Shown here: positions 42,053-53,573 of the stretch, in pieces
How the letters are laid out: the number at the start of each line of letters is the position of its first letter
Numbering within the stretch: the first letter of the stretch is position 1
DNA from: Dehalococcoidia bacterium
Lineage (GTDB): Bacteria > Chloroflexota > Dehalococcoidia > Bin125
Length of the DNA: 64,000 nt
Direction of reading: 5' to 3'
NCBI GenBank assembly: GCA_963663235.2
Contig: CAXXNO010000008.1
Location: forward strand, 168,103 to 232,102
The notes under the pieces: generated by a model
Database searches by the model: none
Seen by the model: the letters and a program-made list of their open reading frames with translations, nothing else
Told to the model about the DNA's origin: nothing
Program-made: the position numbers and the translations under genes

Positions 42053-42274
42053 CTAGGCGGGCGTTCGTAGGGCCTTGGCCTCGTGCTCGAGAACAGCGCG
42101 CACCTGCCACTCCTCGACGCCTGGGAACCAGTCCAGGAACTCTTCCACCGTGGCCCCGCTCGCCAGGTTCTCGAACAGGGCCGAGACCGGCACCCTCGTC
42201 CCTGTGAAGATGGAGGCGCCGCTGACCTTGCCGGGCACGCTCTCGACCGCGGGGCAGGTCTCCCAATCCGTCAT
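42053..42274 (-). CDS. DUF433 antitoxin-like protein
   Basis: PGKVSG...FTGTRVPV..LFENL.SG.TVEEFL.WFP. Confidence 0.85.
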   Translation of the reverse strand: MTDWETCPAVESVPGKVSGASIFTGTRVPVSALFENLASGATVEEFLDWFPGVEEWQVRAVLEHEAKALRTPA

Positions 42275-42930
42275 GCCGTCACCTCGCTCTCGGTTGAAGA
42301 GCACTCCGCAGGCTCCTCGGAAACGTCGTCGTCGTCACCAAGGGAGTTCCCCAGCGCAGCGTCCTCCAGACAATCGTCGTCTTCCTCGTCCGGCAGGCGC
42401 GACGCCGTCTCCCGCACGTCGAGCTTACCAGTCACCACGTCGGCGACGAGCCTCGTGCGGTACTCCCCCATCAGTTCGATCTGCTGGCGGGCGCGGGCGG
42501 TAGCCGCATCAATGTCGGCGGAGGTCTTATCAATGTGCCCGACGATGGCGAGCTGTTCGTCCATGGGTGGAAGGAGAATTGGGTAGTTCTTCACATCGTC
42601 AAGTGAGAGGCCGTCTTTTGTCCCGCCGTTAGTGTTAATCCGGCCGTGAGTTTGGCCGACCGTTGAGAGGAGCACGTATCCAAGCCATCGCGAAGACGAT
42701 CCTGGCCGTGGTTGGCAACGCGCTACGTGTTGGCTTACATAGGCTTCATCGAGTTCTTCGGGAGCGAGTCCTACTGAGCCGATGTAGGCAGTGACCGAAA
42801 CCAACAAGTCACCCACTCGGATTCGCGTTCGAGTAACTTCTGATGTCTCCGGTAAGTCTAATCTTACGGTGTCGTCGAACCGTAGTTGCAGTGAACCACG
42901 GTTGAGATTCGCGACGCGAATGAACACTCG
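42271..42930 (-). pseudogene. hsdS: C-terminal half of a type I restriction-modification specificity subunit
   Basis: GDLLVSVT..IG, AYVSQHVA, PP..EQ..IV.HID, EYRTRLVADVVTGKLDVR; lower GC; N-terminus missing. Confidence 0.85.
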
Positions 42931-42934
42931 TTGC

Positions 42935-43182
42935 GAAGCCTGATCGCCGGCTGCGACGGCGACCCGGCCGGGCCAGCGCCGGCGGATCCCCCGGCCGCCG
43001 AACCGCCCCCGGAGTCCATGCGGTGCCATCCCGCCTACGATCCCTGCCTGCCCTACCTGTCCGGCGACGCCCTCGACTGCGGTGATCTCACCCAAGCCCA
43101 AAAGCCGGTGCGCGTGCGCGTCATCGGTGTAGACCCCTACCGGCTCGACAGAGACCGCGACGGTCGCGGCTGCACGAGTTGA
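42935..43182 (+). pseudogene. C-terminal fragment with an Excalibur-like calcium-binding domain
   Basis: CHPAY.PCLP..DALDC.D...DPYRLDRDRDG.GC after a Pro-rich linker. Confidence 0.65.
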
Positions 43183-43654
43183 GCCGCCGCGCCGGGACGC
43201 TCCCCCGCTCGCGATGGAGGCCTACCGGAGACCGCCGCCGCTCTCCACTTGCGTCACCGCGTCCCAAGTCGCTCCAACTCGCCCCTTCAGACCTCCGAGG
43301 CTCTTCCAGCAAGGTGAGTCAGTTCCCGTTGCTTGTAGGGCACGATCCTTGAGGAGTGCTGGAAGCCGTCCGTCGCTCGCCACCTGATCCTGCAACAACG
43401 GGGTTCGCCGCGACCCCTTGAACTATCTGGACCACTGCATCACCGCGGCGCCCACAACGGCCGGACGCTCGGCCGCACACCGGATGGCGTGATCGGCAAA
43501 GCCAACCTATGGTCGTGACGCATAGCCCGATGTGTCGGCAGACTCCCGTGTCAGGACAGGCTAGGGGTACAAGATTCCACCAAGTGAGCAAGAACAGCGC
43601 TGCGCGGACGCCATCCGTCATCACCTCAAGCAGACTACGGGGAGTGATTGGCGG

Positions 43655-44527
43655 GTGGAGAGTTGGCCCGACGATCGGTACGACGCGGAGTCCAGCCCAG
43701 ACGTCCTCCTGACCGATGGCGCGGATGCGGTCGCAATCGAGATCAAACAACTCACTGACGGGGAGAGCTTCCACACGCACGACCGGGCGCTGCAGTCGCT
43801 CATAGAGCGACTGGCCCCCGACTCAGCCCGTAGCTATGCGTTGTTTCCGCCACCCTCAATCAGGCTCCCTTTCGACCGCGCACTGGTCAAACAGATCAGG
43901 CCTCGAATAGCTATCGCCGCTACCGAGCTCCGGGTAGGCGAAGCGGTGGAAGTTCCCATACCGCGGCGAGCAACGGTCAGATTCTTGGACCAATCCGACG
44001 TGGGATTCGTCTGCTGCTTCCACGCACGAAGTGACGATGTACGAGCAGTCTCTCGCGAAGTCGCAGGAATCTACTTCCTTGAGGACGGCGGTGGTCCCGA
44101 CCACCAGTTCCTCTCGGAGGAACGCCGCTTATCGTTCCACCAGGCCCTCACGCGGGCCTGCCGAGACAGCGAACGAGGTGAGAGGGCAGAAGTCGAGTGG
44201 TTCGAAGAATGGGAGCTGCGAAGAGGCGAGGACTCCGACGAGGGCGAGGGTGGGGTGCTAGTCATTGCAGCCGTAGCAGGCTTCCTAGAGTCTGCAGCGA
44301 TCGAGAGCGTCGACAAGGCGATCCGCCCGGCCAAGAAGAAGTTCGAGGCGAAGAAGTGGGCGGGGCGTCAGGCAGTGGCGCTCCACGCTGGCGAGCAGCA
44401 GCAGGAACTGTCGCCTGCTCTCTTTGAGAGCGCGATTGCCAGGTTGGAGGCCGCTGATGTGCAGCCTCTCGACTCAGTGTTCCTCGTTAGCGGCACGCAC
44501 GTGCGCCCGTTCAACTTCACTAGGTAG
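43655..44527 (+). CDS. Hypothetical protein with a putative PD-(D/E)XK nuclease motif
   Basis: SPDVLL...AIEIK near the N-terminus; frame is open from ~43565. Confidence 0.55.
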   Translation: MESWPDDRYDAESSPDVLLTDGADAVAIEIKQLTDGESFHTHDRALQSLIERLAPDSARSYALFPPPSIRLPFDRALVKQIRPRIAIAATELRVGEAVEVPIPRRATVRFLDQSDVGFVCCFHARSDDVRAVSREVAGIYFLEDGGGPDHQFLSEERRLSFHQALTRACRDSERGERAEVEWFEEWELRRGEDSDEGEGGVLVIAAVAGFLESAAIESVDKAIRPAKKKFEAKKWAGRQAVALHAGEQQQELSPALFESAIARLEAADVQPLDSVFLVSGTHVRPFNFTR

Positions 44528-44681
44528 CACACCACCTGTCCGGTCTGTCCCATCACCGAGTCGAAGCGACAGGTACTGGTCTTCTGGGGTAAGGGTCAGG
44601 CGGTAAATCCTGCTGTGTGGACAGCGCTCGTACTAGGGTCCCGCTGGGCGTCCCGCCAAAAGCCAAACTGGGAGTATCCAC

Positions 44682-45925
44682 TGACCTGCCCCCCCAGAAC
44701 CGGTCCAGATCCTGTGCGAGGATTCGGGCCGGTGCGAAGGGAGTCGGCATGGCACGCAAGCGGTACGCGGCCGAGGAGATCATCGGCCACCTGCGGGAGG
44801 CGGAGGTGGTGCTCGCGCAGGGGGAATCGGTCGCGCCGGTCGCGCGCCGCCTCGGCGCGGCCGAGCCAACGTATTACCGCTGGCGGCGGGAGGACGGGGG
44901 GCTGCGGGTCGACCCGGCCAAGCGGCTGAAAGAACGGGAGCGCGAGAACAGTCGGCTGAAGCGGGTGGTGGCCGATCAGGCGCGGGCCAACGCGATGGTG
45001 CGGGACGTCGCAGCGGGAAACTTCTGAGCCCGGCCAAGCGGCGCCGGGCGACATCCTACCGCACGGACCCGTACGCGGTGGCGGAGCGGCGGGCCTGCCC
45101 GGTCACCGGCCAGGCGCGGGCGACACAGCGCGACGTGCCCCGGCCGTCCCCGGATGCGCCGGCGCTGATCGCGCGCAGCGTCGCGCTGGCCCCCCGCTGC
45201 GGCCGCTACGGCTCCCGTCGCATCACGGCCCGGCTGCGCCAGGCGGGCTGGCGGGTGAACCCCAAGCGGGTCGAGCGGCGCTGGCGTCAGGAAGGCTGGC
45301 GGGTCCCCGGGAAGCACCCCCAACGGGGCCGCCGCTGGCTCGCGGCCGGCTCGCGGGTGCGGCGGCGGGCCGAGCGGCCGTCCCACGTCTGGTCCGACGC
45401 CTTCGTCTTCGACCGCACCGCCGAGGGGCGCCCGGTGCGGATCCTCGCCCTCGTGGATGAGGACCACCCGCGAGGGCCTGCGTCTCGACGTCGCCCGCCG
45501 ACGGCGCCGCGACGACGGCCTGGCGCGGTTGGCCCAGCTGTTCGTCGAGCGCGGGCCGCCGACGTTTCTGCGGTCCGCCAACGGCCCGGCGTGCACCGCC
45601 ACCGCGGTACGGGACTGGCTGCACCGGGTCGGGGGCACGACCCGCTTCATCGAACCGGGCAGGCCTTGGGCGAACGGCTCTGGGGAATCGTTCAACGGCA
45701 AGCTGCGCGACGCGTGCCTCAATCGCGAGCGCTTCGACACCCTGCTGGAAGCCCAGATCCTCATCGCGGGCTGGCGGCGGGAGGACAACCCGATCCGCCC
45801 CCACCGTGCCCTCGGCTACCGCCCCCCCCGCCCCGGAAACGCAGCAACCCCGGGAACCGTCCCATGACGCGCGTCCCGGCGATCGGACTCACTTAACGAC
45901 TGGTACAACGATCGGGGGCAGGTCA
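44682..45925 (+). mobile_element. Degenerate IS3-family element (relative of 7018-8259)
   Basis: Same termini; orfA 44749-45027; orfB has catalytic SDNG changed to SANG and the same frameshift. Confidence 0.92.
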
Positions 45926-46288
45926 CTACAGCGCGACCTACGGCAGCGCCCAGGCAGCCGAGCGCCACGCTGCCTTCTCGCCCGGCGACCAGATGCTCGT
46001 GTAGCCGCCCGAGGCCGCCCGTCCCATCGGCGCCAGCGCCCCCCAGATTCGCGCGCGGTCTGCACGGGCCCTGCTTCGCTGCCCACGCGGGAGCCACATA
46101 CCCGGACGGGAAAGCACGTCCGCCGGACGCCCCGTAGGGTGCGGCGGTACGCCGGGGAAAACGCGGATCCACGCCGGCAGGCTCCGCGACCTGCTCCATA
46201 CTGCCCCAGTCGTCACCCTGTAACCTCAGGGCAGCAGACTATCGCTTCTCGGATGCCGCGCGCCCCCTGAAGCGGGGAGGGACTCCCA

Positions 46289-49200
46289 ATGGCGCGAACG
46301 GCCGTCCGCCTCGCGCCGTACGGTCCCCCCTCACGGGCTGCGCTCACGGCCGTGATCGCCGACGCGAAGCACAACGACCCACTCGCGCCGGTCACGGTTG
46401 TCGTACCGAGTAATTACGCAGGATTAGCGCTGCGGCGCGCGTTGGCGGTCTCGACGCTTCCCGGTTCCTCGCAGCCTGGGCTCGTCAATGTCCGCTTCAT
46501 GGTGCTCGCCCGCGTGATCGAGTTGGTCGGAGCGCCCCGGCTGGCGGCCCGAGGGCGACGCCCGCTCACCGCACCGTATCGGGCCGAAGCCGTCCGCGCG
46601 GCGGTAGAAGCGAATCCCGGCCCGTTCGCCGACGTCGCCCTCCTCGGGTCAACCGAGCGCAGCCTCCAAGCAACGTTCCGCGACCTTGCGGGCACTTCCA
46701 ACGCGGCGCTCGATGCGTTGGCCACGATCAATGACCGATCCGCCCACATCGTGGCGCTCTACCGTGACTTCCGCGTTCGTACCGCCGACCTCTACGACGA
46801 GCACGACCTGACGCAAGCCGCCGCCGAGTCGACCGCCGCCGGGTCGGCAGCGCTCACGGACATCGGCCGGGTGATCATCTACCTGCCGCGCACGCTGACC
46901 GTCGCCGAGCACGACTTCGTCGCCGCGCTTGCGGCCGTGGAGGGCGTCGACGTCCTCGTCGGGCTGACCGGCGACGAAGACGTCGACGATCCGGTGCGCG
47001 AGGCCTGGGGCGCCCTTGGCACGGTCGATGAGATCGACGGTGCACTGATACCGCCGGTGGGGACCGCCATCGTGGCGGTGCCAGACCCCGAGGAGGAGAT
47101 GCGCGAGGCGGTTCGGCAAATCAGCAGCCTGCTGCTCGCCGGGACGCCGCTTCACCGCATGGCCATCCTCTACCGGCACGCGAGCCCCTATGGACTGCTG
47201 GCGGCCGAGCAATTGCAGGCCGCGAATCTCCCGTGGAACGGTCCCGCGACGCGGCAACTGGGTCAGACGCTGGCGGGACGCACGCTGCTCGGCTTCCTGG
47301 GACTGCCCGAACAACGTTTTCGGCGCGAAGCCGTCGCTGGCTGGCTCAACAGCGCGCCGGTATTTGACATGGCCGGCGGGGCTGTCGCCCCAGCGCACCG
47401 CTGGGAGACACTCGCGCGCGCCGCCGGCGTCGTGGAAGGTATCGCCCAGTGGCGCGGCCGGCTCGCGCAGCACGCGCGTTCGCTGGAGAACGAGCGCACG
47501 CAGCTCGAGAACACCGGCGATGACCAAGCCTGGCGCATCCGTCGCGTCGAGCACGACCGGGACGATCTCGCGCGCCTGCGTACGTTCATCGATGATCTGG
47601 CTGATCAAGCCGCATCGGCCGGGTTACGCACGTGGAGCGACTTCTCAGGCTGGGCGCGAGGCGCGCTGAACCGGTACCTGGGCGGTGAGGGGCACACCGC
47701 CGGCTGGCCGGAGGAAGAGACTGAGGCGTACCGCCAGGTACTACAGGAGCTCGGTCAGCTCAACGAACTTGACGCGGTGCGCGAGGCGATCGATTCCTCG
47801 ACCTTCCGTGCCGCCGTTGCGCAGCTGCTCGAACGCGCAGCCGGCCGCGTGGGGCGCTTCGGCGAAGGTGTCTTCGTCGGACGGCTGGCCGACGCCGTCG
47901 GCGTGGACTTCGACGCGGTGTTCATACTCGGCATGAGCGACGGGGCGATGCCGCCGGGCCAGCGCGAGGACCCCCTGCTCCTGGATAGCGAGCGGGAGGG
48001 CGCCGGGATCGAACCGCGTTCCCACCGCACCGCCACCGAGCGGCGCGAGTATCTGGCTGCGCTCGCCTCGGCCGAGCAACGGACGCTGGTCTTCCCCCGT
48101 GCCGACGTGCGCGGGCGGCGTGCCCGGCGGCCCAGCCGTTGGGTGATCGAGACCGCCTCCGTGCTCGCAGGCGAGCGCATCTTTGCGTCCGAGCTCGATC
48201 CCGACGCCAACCGGCCCTGGTTCCGAGAGCTGCCATCGTTCGAATGGTCAGTGACGGACGGTGGCGAGCCGGCGCAGTCGCAGGAGTACGACCTGCGCAG
48301 CCTGTTGCGCTGGCGTTCCGCCGGGCACGCTGTTGCCAACCACTACCTCGCGGCCTCCGAGCCGGCGCTGGCCAATGGTCTGACACTTACGCTCGCACGC
48401 CGGTCGGGCCGCTTCACGCGCTGGGACGGCCACATCCCGGCCACGCTGGCGCGCTCACCACTCGCCGGTCACCCCGTCTCAGCGACCGCGCTGCAGAGCT
48501 GGGCGGAATGTCCGTTCCGCTACTTCCTCGGCCACGTGCTGCGCGTGTCCGAGCTCGAACTGCCGGAGACCGAACTCCAGATCTCGCCACTCGAGAAGGG
48601 CACGCTGATCCACCGCGTGCTCGACCGATTCCTACGCGAGCTGCCACCGCGCACCGAACCGGCGCAGCCTTGGACGGTCAAGGAACGCGCCCGCATGCGC
48701 CAGATTAGCGAACAGGAATGCGACAGCGTGGAACACTCGGGGCGCTCAGGGCATGTGTTGTTGTGGGAGCTGGAACGGCCGCGGATTCTACGCGACTTAG
48801 AGCGGTTTCTCGATGAGGACGAGGCGCTTCGCCGACGCTTCGGTACCGTCACGGTCGCGAGCGAACTCGCATTCGGGCTCGACGGCGACGAGGCGGCCAC
48901 GGTGGAGCTCGCGCCAGACCGCACGGTTCAGCTGCGTGGCAAGATCGACCGCGTTGACCGAGCCATCGACGGCTCGCAGCTGGTGGTGATCGACTACAAG
49001 ACCGGGAAACTCCGAGATGTCTACAAGGGACTCGATAACGATCCGGTGCAGGGTGGCAGACTGCTGCAACTTCCCATCTACGCGGCCGCCGCGCGCGAAC
49101 GCTACGCGCTGCCGGAGGTGCAGGGCTTCTACTGGTTCGTCGACGAGCAGGGCGACGGTGCTCTGCGCGGTTACCCGCTCGACGCAGAAACGTGACTCGC

Positions 49201-49418
49201 GGTTCGTAACGGTGCTGCGCGTGATCTCCGAAGGCATCGAGGGCGGCGTCTTTCCGCTGCGACCCGGGCCGCAACGCCAAGGCGTCCATGAGCACTGTCG
49301 CTTCTGCCCCTATTCCACGCTCTGCCCCGCCGATCGCGGCGCCACGTGGGAGCGCAAACGCGGTGCACCGGAGATCGCGACGTATCGGGCACTGGCCGAG
49401 CCAGAGGGAGAGGCATGA
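46289..49418 (+). CDS. addB: AddB-like subunit (inactive helicase plus PD-(D/E)XK nuclease, Fe-S cysteines); frameshift near 49192
   Basis: VSAT.L..W.ECPFRYF, RGKIDRVD, VIDYKTG, LQLPIY; CRFCPY..LC in the shifted frame 49017-49418. Confidence 0.75.
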
Positions 49419-52400
49419 CCAAACCGCTCCCCGACCAGGCAGCACGCGATCGGATCCACGACGATCTGGATGCCACAATCTTTCGTCGAAGCAGGCGCCG
49501 GCACGGGGAAGACGTCGGCCCTCGTCGACCGCATCGTGCAGCTCGTGGCAAGTGGGCGAACCATCGCCAACCGCCTGGCCGTTATTACCTTCACCGACGC
49601 TGCGGCGGCCGAGCTGCGGGACCGCGTGCTCGTTGCGCTTGAAGGCGCGGCGGCCGATCCCGCGCGGCCGGAGACGGAGCGCGCACGCTGCACGACCGCG
49701 CTGGGAGTGATCGAGGCGGCGGCGATCGAGACGCTGCACTCCTTCGCTGCGCGCATCCTCTCTACACATCCGCTGGAAGCGGGCCTGCCACCCGGTTTCG
49801 CGGTCGTCGATGAGACTCGAGCCGCCGCCGCGTTCGATCACCGCTGGGCTGGCCATCTCGAGGCGATGCTTGAGGATCCGGCGCTGCGGGAGCCACTCCG
49901 TCGCGCCTTCATGATGGGCCTGACGATCGGCGACCTGCGCACGCTGGCACACGCACTGCACGAGGACTGGGACCGGCTGGAGGCGGAAGCCGCGGCGCTG
50001 CCGTCGCTGCCGATATTCCCCATCGACGTGGCACCCTTCGCGACTGACCTGGCAGGGCTCTGCGCTGAGCGCAAGCACTGCGCCGAGCAGACAGACAAGC
50101 TCTACCTCCGCCTCGAGCAGCTTGCGGTATTCGCGCAGCAGCTGGAGTCCGCTATCGGCGACGATCTCGAGTCCCTCCGCCTGCTGCCGCTCTGCCCGAG
50201 CCTCCGCGTGGGGAATGTCGGCAGCGCCGTGAACTGGGATGACGGCACGCTCGCCGAAGTGCGCGGTGCGCTTGGCGACCTCGGTGAACGCCGCGCCGCG
50301 CTCCTCGAAGGAGCGAAGGCAGCTGTCATCCCACCGCTCTACACCGTGCTGCGCCGCTTCGTGCTCGACTACGCAGAGGAGCGGCGGCGGAGCGGACAGT
50401 TGGAGTTCCATGACCTGCTGGTGCGGGCCCGCGACCTCTTGCGAGGCGATGGCGGCGTGCGCCGCGCCCTGCGCGAACGATTCTCACACCTGCTGATCGA
50501 CGAGTTCCAAGACACCGATCCGCTGCAAACCGAGATCGCGTTCCTGCTGGCAGCCGATCATGACGGCGATCCGCCCCCCTGGCGCACGGCCGCCGTGGAT
50601 GCAGGCCGATTGTTCTTCGTTGGCGACCCGAAACAGTCGATCTACGGATTCCGCCGCGCCGACATCGAACTCTACCAGGCCGTGCAGGATTCGCTTCGCC
50701 ACGGAGACTGAGCAGCTGACACAGAACTTCCGCTCGGTTCCTGCCATCACCGATTGGGTGAACGGCATGGTCGCACCGCTCATGGGCGCCGAACCGCAAC
50801 CAGGGCAGGCGACCTACATTCCCCTCCACGCCCACCGACCGGCGCACCCAGCGGACGTGACCGTGCACCTGCTGGGCGAGCCTCGTGATGTGAACGTGCC
50901 TGAGGTCCGACGTGAGGAGGCGGCGGCGATCGCCCGCGTGGTGCGCGAGACGAAAGACGGCCGCTGGCAGGTGCTCGACCACCGCGATGATGCCGGTCGC
51001 GAGCACTTCCGCGCCGCGCAGTTCCAGGACATCGCGATCCTCGTACCGACACGCACCTCGCTGCCGGGGCTGCTCGCCGCTTTCGAAGAGGCCAGCATCC
51101 CGTACCGGCTGGAGAGCCGATCACTTGTCTATGGGACGCAGGAGGTACAAGACCTGCTCGCGATTCTGCGAGCGATCGACGATCCCACGAATGAAATCGC
51201 GCTGGTCGCGGCGCTGCGCTCACCGGGATTCGGTTGCGGAGACGACGACCTCATGAGCTACGCCGCTGCGGGCGGCCGCTGGGATTATCGGCGAACACCT
51301 CCGGACGCGCTTGCGGCTGATCATCCAGTGGTGGTGGGACTGGCCTGGCTGCGCAGTAGCTATCAGCAACGCTGGTGGCAGCCGGTCAGCACGACCATCG
51401 ATCACGTCATCCGCGATCGGCGTCTGCTCGAGCTCGGGACCGTCGACCGGCGCCCGCGCGAGCGCTGGCAGCGGCTGCGCTTCGTCCTCGACCAATCCCG
51501 CGCTTTCATGGACGCTGGCGGATCCACCCTGCGGGAGTTCCTCGCGTGGGCCGAGCGACAGGCCGACGAGGGCGCTCGCGTCATCGAAACCGTCGTGCCG
51601 GACCCCGACGACGACGCAGTGCGCATCATGACCATCCACGCGGCGAAGGGCCTTCAGTTCCCGATCGTGGTGCTCAGCGGGCTCAACGTGCAGCCGCAAG
51701 ACCGTGCTCGACCGGTGCTCTGGACCGACGGCGGGCGCCCGGACTTGCACCTGCGCCACGACTTCGAGACGGCAGAGTACGACGCGCTGCGGTCACACAA
51801 TCGGGATCTCGAGCAGTTCGAAGACGTACGGTTGTTTTACGTGGCGGCGACGCGCGCGCGCGATCACCTGCTCGTGAGTCTCTTTCATCCAACGAAGGGA
51901 TCAGCTGCGAAGTCGCGCGCCGCCAAGCTGTACGCGCTCGCCCAGCAGCGGCCGGAGTTATGGCGGCGCGGTGGAGCCGTCGACCGCGCCGGCGGTCGCG
52001 GTATCAGCGGCACCGGCACACGCGCCCCGATACGGCCGCCGAGCGAGCGGCGTGGTTTGAACGGCGGGAGCAGGCGGTCGCTCAGCACGGCACTTTGCGC
52101 GCGGTATCCGCGACGGCCCTCGCGAAGGCGTCCGCCACGGACGGCGGACCCGAACCTTGAGAAGGAGCCGCCGCTAGAAGAGGACCCGCCGTGGCGGCGT
52201 GGCCGAGCCGGAACGGCCATCGGGCGCGCCGTGCACTCCGTGCTGCAGACGATCGACTTGGCCACAGGCGATGGGCTCCAAGAGACCGCCCGCGCGCAGG
52301 CGGCGGCCGAGGGCGTGGCGGACAGCGCCTCGGAAATCGAGCGGCTGGCGCGGGCTGCGCTCGGGTCCGCCGTCGTACGCGCCGCTGTCGCTTCGGGGCG

Positions 52401-52758
52401 CTACTGGCGCGAAGTCTATGTCGGTGCGGCCGTCGACGGCGTGCTTGTTGAGGGCTTCATCGATCTGCTGTACGAGGAGCCCAACGGCTACGTGATCGTC
52501 GACTACAAGACCGACGCCCTCCCCGATGACGGCGCGATCGACGGCGCGATGCAGCGTTACCGGCCCCAAGGGGCCGCGTACGCGCTCGCGCTCACTGAAG
52601 CCCTGGGCCAACCGGCGACGCGTTGCGTCTTCGTCTTCCTCACCCCGGTCGATCTGATCGAGCAAGAGATCGCCGACCTGGACGAGGCCATCCGCGACGT
52701 GCGCAGTCGAATCTCGACGCTGCCGGGCGGCCCGTCCGTGGTCGCGCGAACCGCGTGA
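49415..52758 (+). CDS. addA: AddA-like UvrD helicase/nuclease, split by several frameshifts
   Basis: VEAGAGTGKT, ITFT..AA.EL, LIDEFQDTDP.Q, VGDPKQSIY.FR, NFRS, MTIH.AKGLQF, FYVAATRARD, GFIDL..VDYKTD; ATGA coupling to addB. Confidence 0.8.
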
Positions 52759-52999
52759 TCGGCGCCGGGGTTCGCAACGACCGCGCCCGCGGCGGGCTGG
52801 CCGATCGCGACGTGTCATGCACGCGACCACTCAGCGCTTCTTGAACCCTGGTCGCAACACCCCGACGAATCGCTCCATCGTCTTCACACCCATGTCGGTA
52901 CTCCGTCGAGATCGATCGCAGAGCGGTTGATGGAGCCTCCGTCCACTCTCCGAGAATCCGGAGACGAGGGTCGTTCATGGGCGCGCCGCCGTCATTCCC

Positions 53000-53573
53000 A
53001 AAGTGTACGCCCATCGCTTGTTCCGCCTCTCCGTTGGTCGCCCCGCAGCCTGCGAGCCACACGGTGATGGTGGCCTGCTCCGTCGCAGTCAGGGTGAGGC
53101 CCCACTCCTGCTTCACGGCGCGGTGCTGACGCGCATAGGCGCACTGCTCCGCCGCCGTGTCGAGAATCCGGGCCGCGATGCCGTTCAACTGATCCGGCGT
53201 GCGACTCCCCTTGCTCGCGTTGAACGATTGCGCCGTCGGGTTCAGGTTCGCCCGATCACTCGAGAAGCGATCCTTCCTCGCTGCGGGCCAGTCGCAGCCC
53301 CTGAGCGCGACGTGGTGATCGTGCGCGATGGCACGCGAATGCACGGCATCGTGCGGTTTCGTCCAGGTCGGTGCGGCATTGGCGGGAGCGGGTGGGTAAC
53401 CGCCCCACTCGTCACGATCGTAGTCGTCTCCCGTGCACGAGTGAGTGGCGGGGACGGAATCCGGCGGGGGCTCCGGTGTGACCGCTGGCGGCTCGTCCTG
53501 GACTACCGCTGGCGGCCGTTCCTCAACGATAGCGGCTGAACTCGCTCCTTGGCCCTCTGTAGGTTCGCCCGCT
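53000..53573 (-). pseudogene. HNH/DUF1524-like nuclease domain after a Pro-rich linker; 5' end removed by IS6
   Basis: YDRDEW, DHHVAL, D.ANL...N.SKG, C.YA...VK..WGL. Confidence 0.65.

Noticed and set aside
42271-43101. 276-aa ORF as a complete HsdS with a novel N-terminus
   Set aside because: The first ~55 codons are the antisense of the Excalibur-like fragment; the junction near 42930 is a rearrangement
44682-45925. Repeat-targeted (RIP-like) mutagenesis as the explanation for the transversions
   Set aside because: The single-copy MaoC pseudogene shows the same bias and the 7.1-kb duplication does not; a general mutation spectrum is simpler
48849-50411. Long antisense ORFs (also 3972-5078, 3065-3853, 56091-57041, 62485-63315)
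   Set aside because: Shadow frames of well-supported genes in high-GC DNA; no motifs
46289-52758. Novel helicase-nuclease defence system
   Set aside because: Domain order, Fe-S cysteines and coupling match ordinary AddAB-type repair enzymes
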